64,000 nucleotides of DNA from Pseudomonadota bacterium. Its GTDB lineage: Bacteria > Bdellovibrionota_B > Oligoflexia > Oligoflexales > CAIMVM01. Position numbers and translations under genes: made by a program. A model generated the notes under the pieces. It was not told the origin of the DNA, searched no databases, and was given only the letters and a program-made list of their open reading frames with translations. The stretch's first letter is position 1, and the number at the start of each line of letters is the position of its first letter. Positions 63,130 through 64,000 of this stretch are shown piece by piece. Location of the stretch: the NCBI GenBank assembly GCA_037142195.1, contig JBAXBA010000001.1:160001-224000 (forward strand). Direction: 5' to 3'.

Positions 63130-64000
63130 ATGATTTTGAGACACTTCAAAACGAGATTTGGGATTGTTTTGGGCGGCGCATTAGTGGCCCTAAACTTGTC
63201 TTGTTCTTCGTCTAATGAGCAGTTGGAAGATCCTGTTTCTACTGTAGATGCTGCACAACCAAATCTAGAGGAAGGCAGTTTATCTGATGCCAATGTCGAT
63301 GAGTCCTTTTCGGCCTCTATGGATTCCGCCGCGGCTACACCTGGTCCTTCCGCCTCTGAGCAGCCTGCTCCTGAAAAAACTGTGGCTGAGCAATCTTCTG
63401 TTGCAGAGACTCCTGTTGCAGAGCAATTAACTGTAGAGCCGTCTGTTTCTGGGCAAACCATGACTGAACCTTCACAGGAACTCAGTGTAGATAGTGCTTT
63501 AGCGCAAAATATTCCAGCCTTGGAAGCTGCGAAAACAGATGGTTATCAGGGAGCTGAAGGCTTTTCAGCGGATTCTGCAACCAAGTCTCCAGAGACGGCA
63601 TCACCAGAGACGGAAACCTCGTCGGCAGAGGCCAGCGGTCCGGCTGTATCTAGTGAGGTAGCTTCCGAACAGCCGGTCTCTGCTCCTAGCGCCAAGCAAT
63701 CAGAAGCCCTTAAGAAGAGTGGAAACTCCTTTGTATACACGGTTAAAAAAGGAGACTGGCTTTCCAAAGTAGCCCTTAAGGTCTATGGCCCCGAAGGTTC
63801 TTGGCAAGACATTTCAGAAAGAAATGGCCTTAAGGATGCAAATCGCATTCAGCCAGGGCAGAAGCTGATTCTTGAAGTCAAAAATGAAGCTTCTAAAAAG
63901 TTTGCCAAAGCCTATGGAAACATAGTGTTCCAGAAAGTAACTGATTATCCTAGTGTACAACCTAATGGAGTTGCCACCATCTTTGCACAGCCAGGAGACT
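63130..64000 (+). CDS. LysM peptidoglycan-binding lipoprotein; partial, runs off the window end
   Basis: Not in the ORF track. Hand translation: MILRHFKTRFGIVLGGALVALNLSC, a long acidic Ser/Ala/Glu/Pro linker, LysM YTVKKGDWLSKVALKVYG...NRIQPGQKL, and the start of a possible second LysM (AQPGD). Confidence 0.88.
   Translation, partial: MILRHFKTRFGIVLGGALVALNLSCSSSNEQLEDPVSTVDAAQPNLEEGSLSDANVDESFSASMDSAAATPGPSASEQPAPEKTVAEQSSVAETPVAEQLTVEPSVSGQTMTEPSQELSVDSALAQNIPALEAAKTDGYQGAEGFSADSATKSPETASPETETSSAEASGPAVSSEVASEQPVSAPSAKQSEALKKSGNSFVYTVKKGDWLSKVALKVYGPEGSWQDISERNGLKDANRIQPGQKLILEVKNEASKKFAKAYGNIVFQKVTDYPSVQPNGVATIFAQPGD

Noticed and set aside
63060..63767. Minus-strand Ser/Ala-rich ORFs
   Set aside because: They are antisense shadows of the plus-strand LysM lipoprotein gene.

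Overview
Replication-origin region of a Gram-negative bacterial chromosome. Gene order and the many orphan lipoproteins suggest Bdellovibrionota/Oligoflexia or a related deltaproteobacterial lineage (inference). Left of ~13.1 kb nearly all genes are on the minus strand: atpZ/I-atpB-atpE, a 1.1-kb non-coding block with phased A/T tracts and five parS sites, parA-parB, atpF'FHAGDC, a GT4 glycosyltransferase, an epimerase and a truncated lipoprotein. To the right most genes are on the plus strand: dnaA-[oriC with DnaA boxes and DnaA-trios]-dnaN-gyrB-gyrA, pyrG-kdsD-lptCAB-rpoN-rapZ, gcvP, an 8-gene kynurenine/3-hydroxyanthranilate catabolic cluster, ftsK, gcvTH and mdh. The last 12 kb is accessory: three tRNAs, a His-rich membrane protein, a phytochelatin synthase, CBS and CHAD proteins, lipoproteins and a partial LysM protein. 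I saw no transposase, integrase, prophage, rRNA or CRISPR array. Best leads: an atypical SDR that may supply a reductive exit from 2-aminomuconate catabolism, a RapZ with both nucleotide-binding motifs altered, ~10-bp phased A/T tracts beside parS, two 4-copy tandem repeats with a shared core upstream of the separated gcv genes, and a hairpin-dense non-coding stretch between tRNA-Ser and tRNA-Arg. All family assignments come from recognising motifs by eye, not from database searches.
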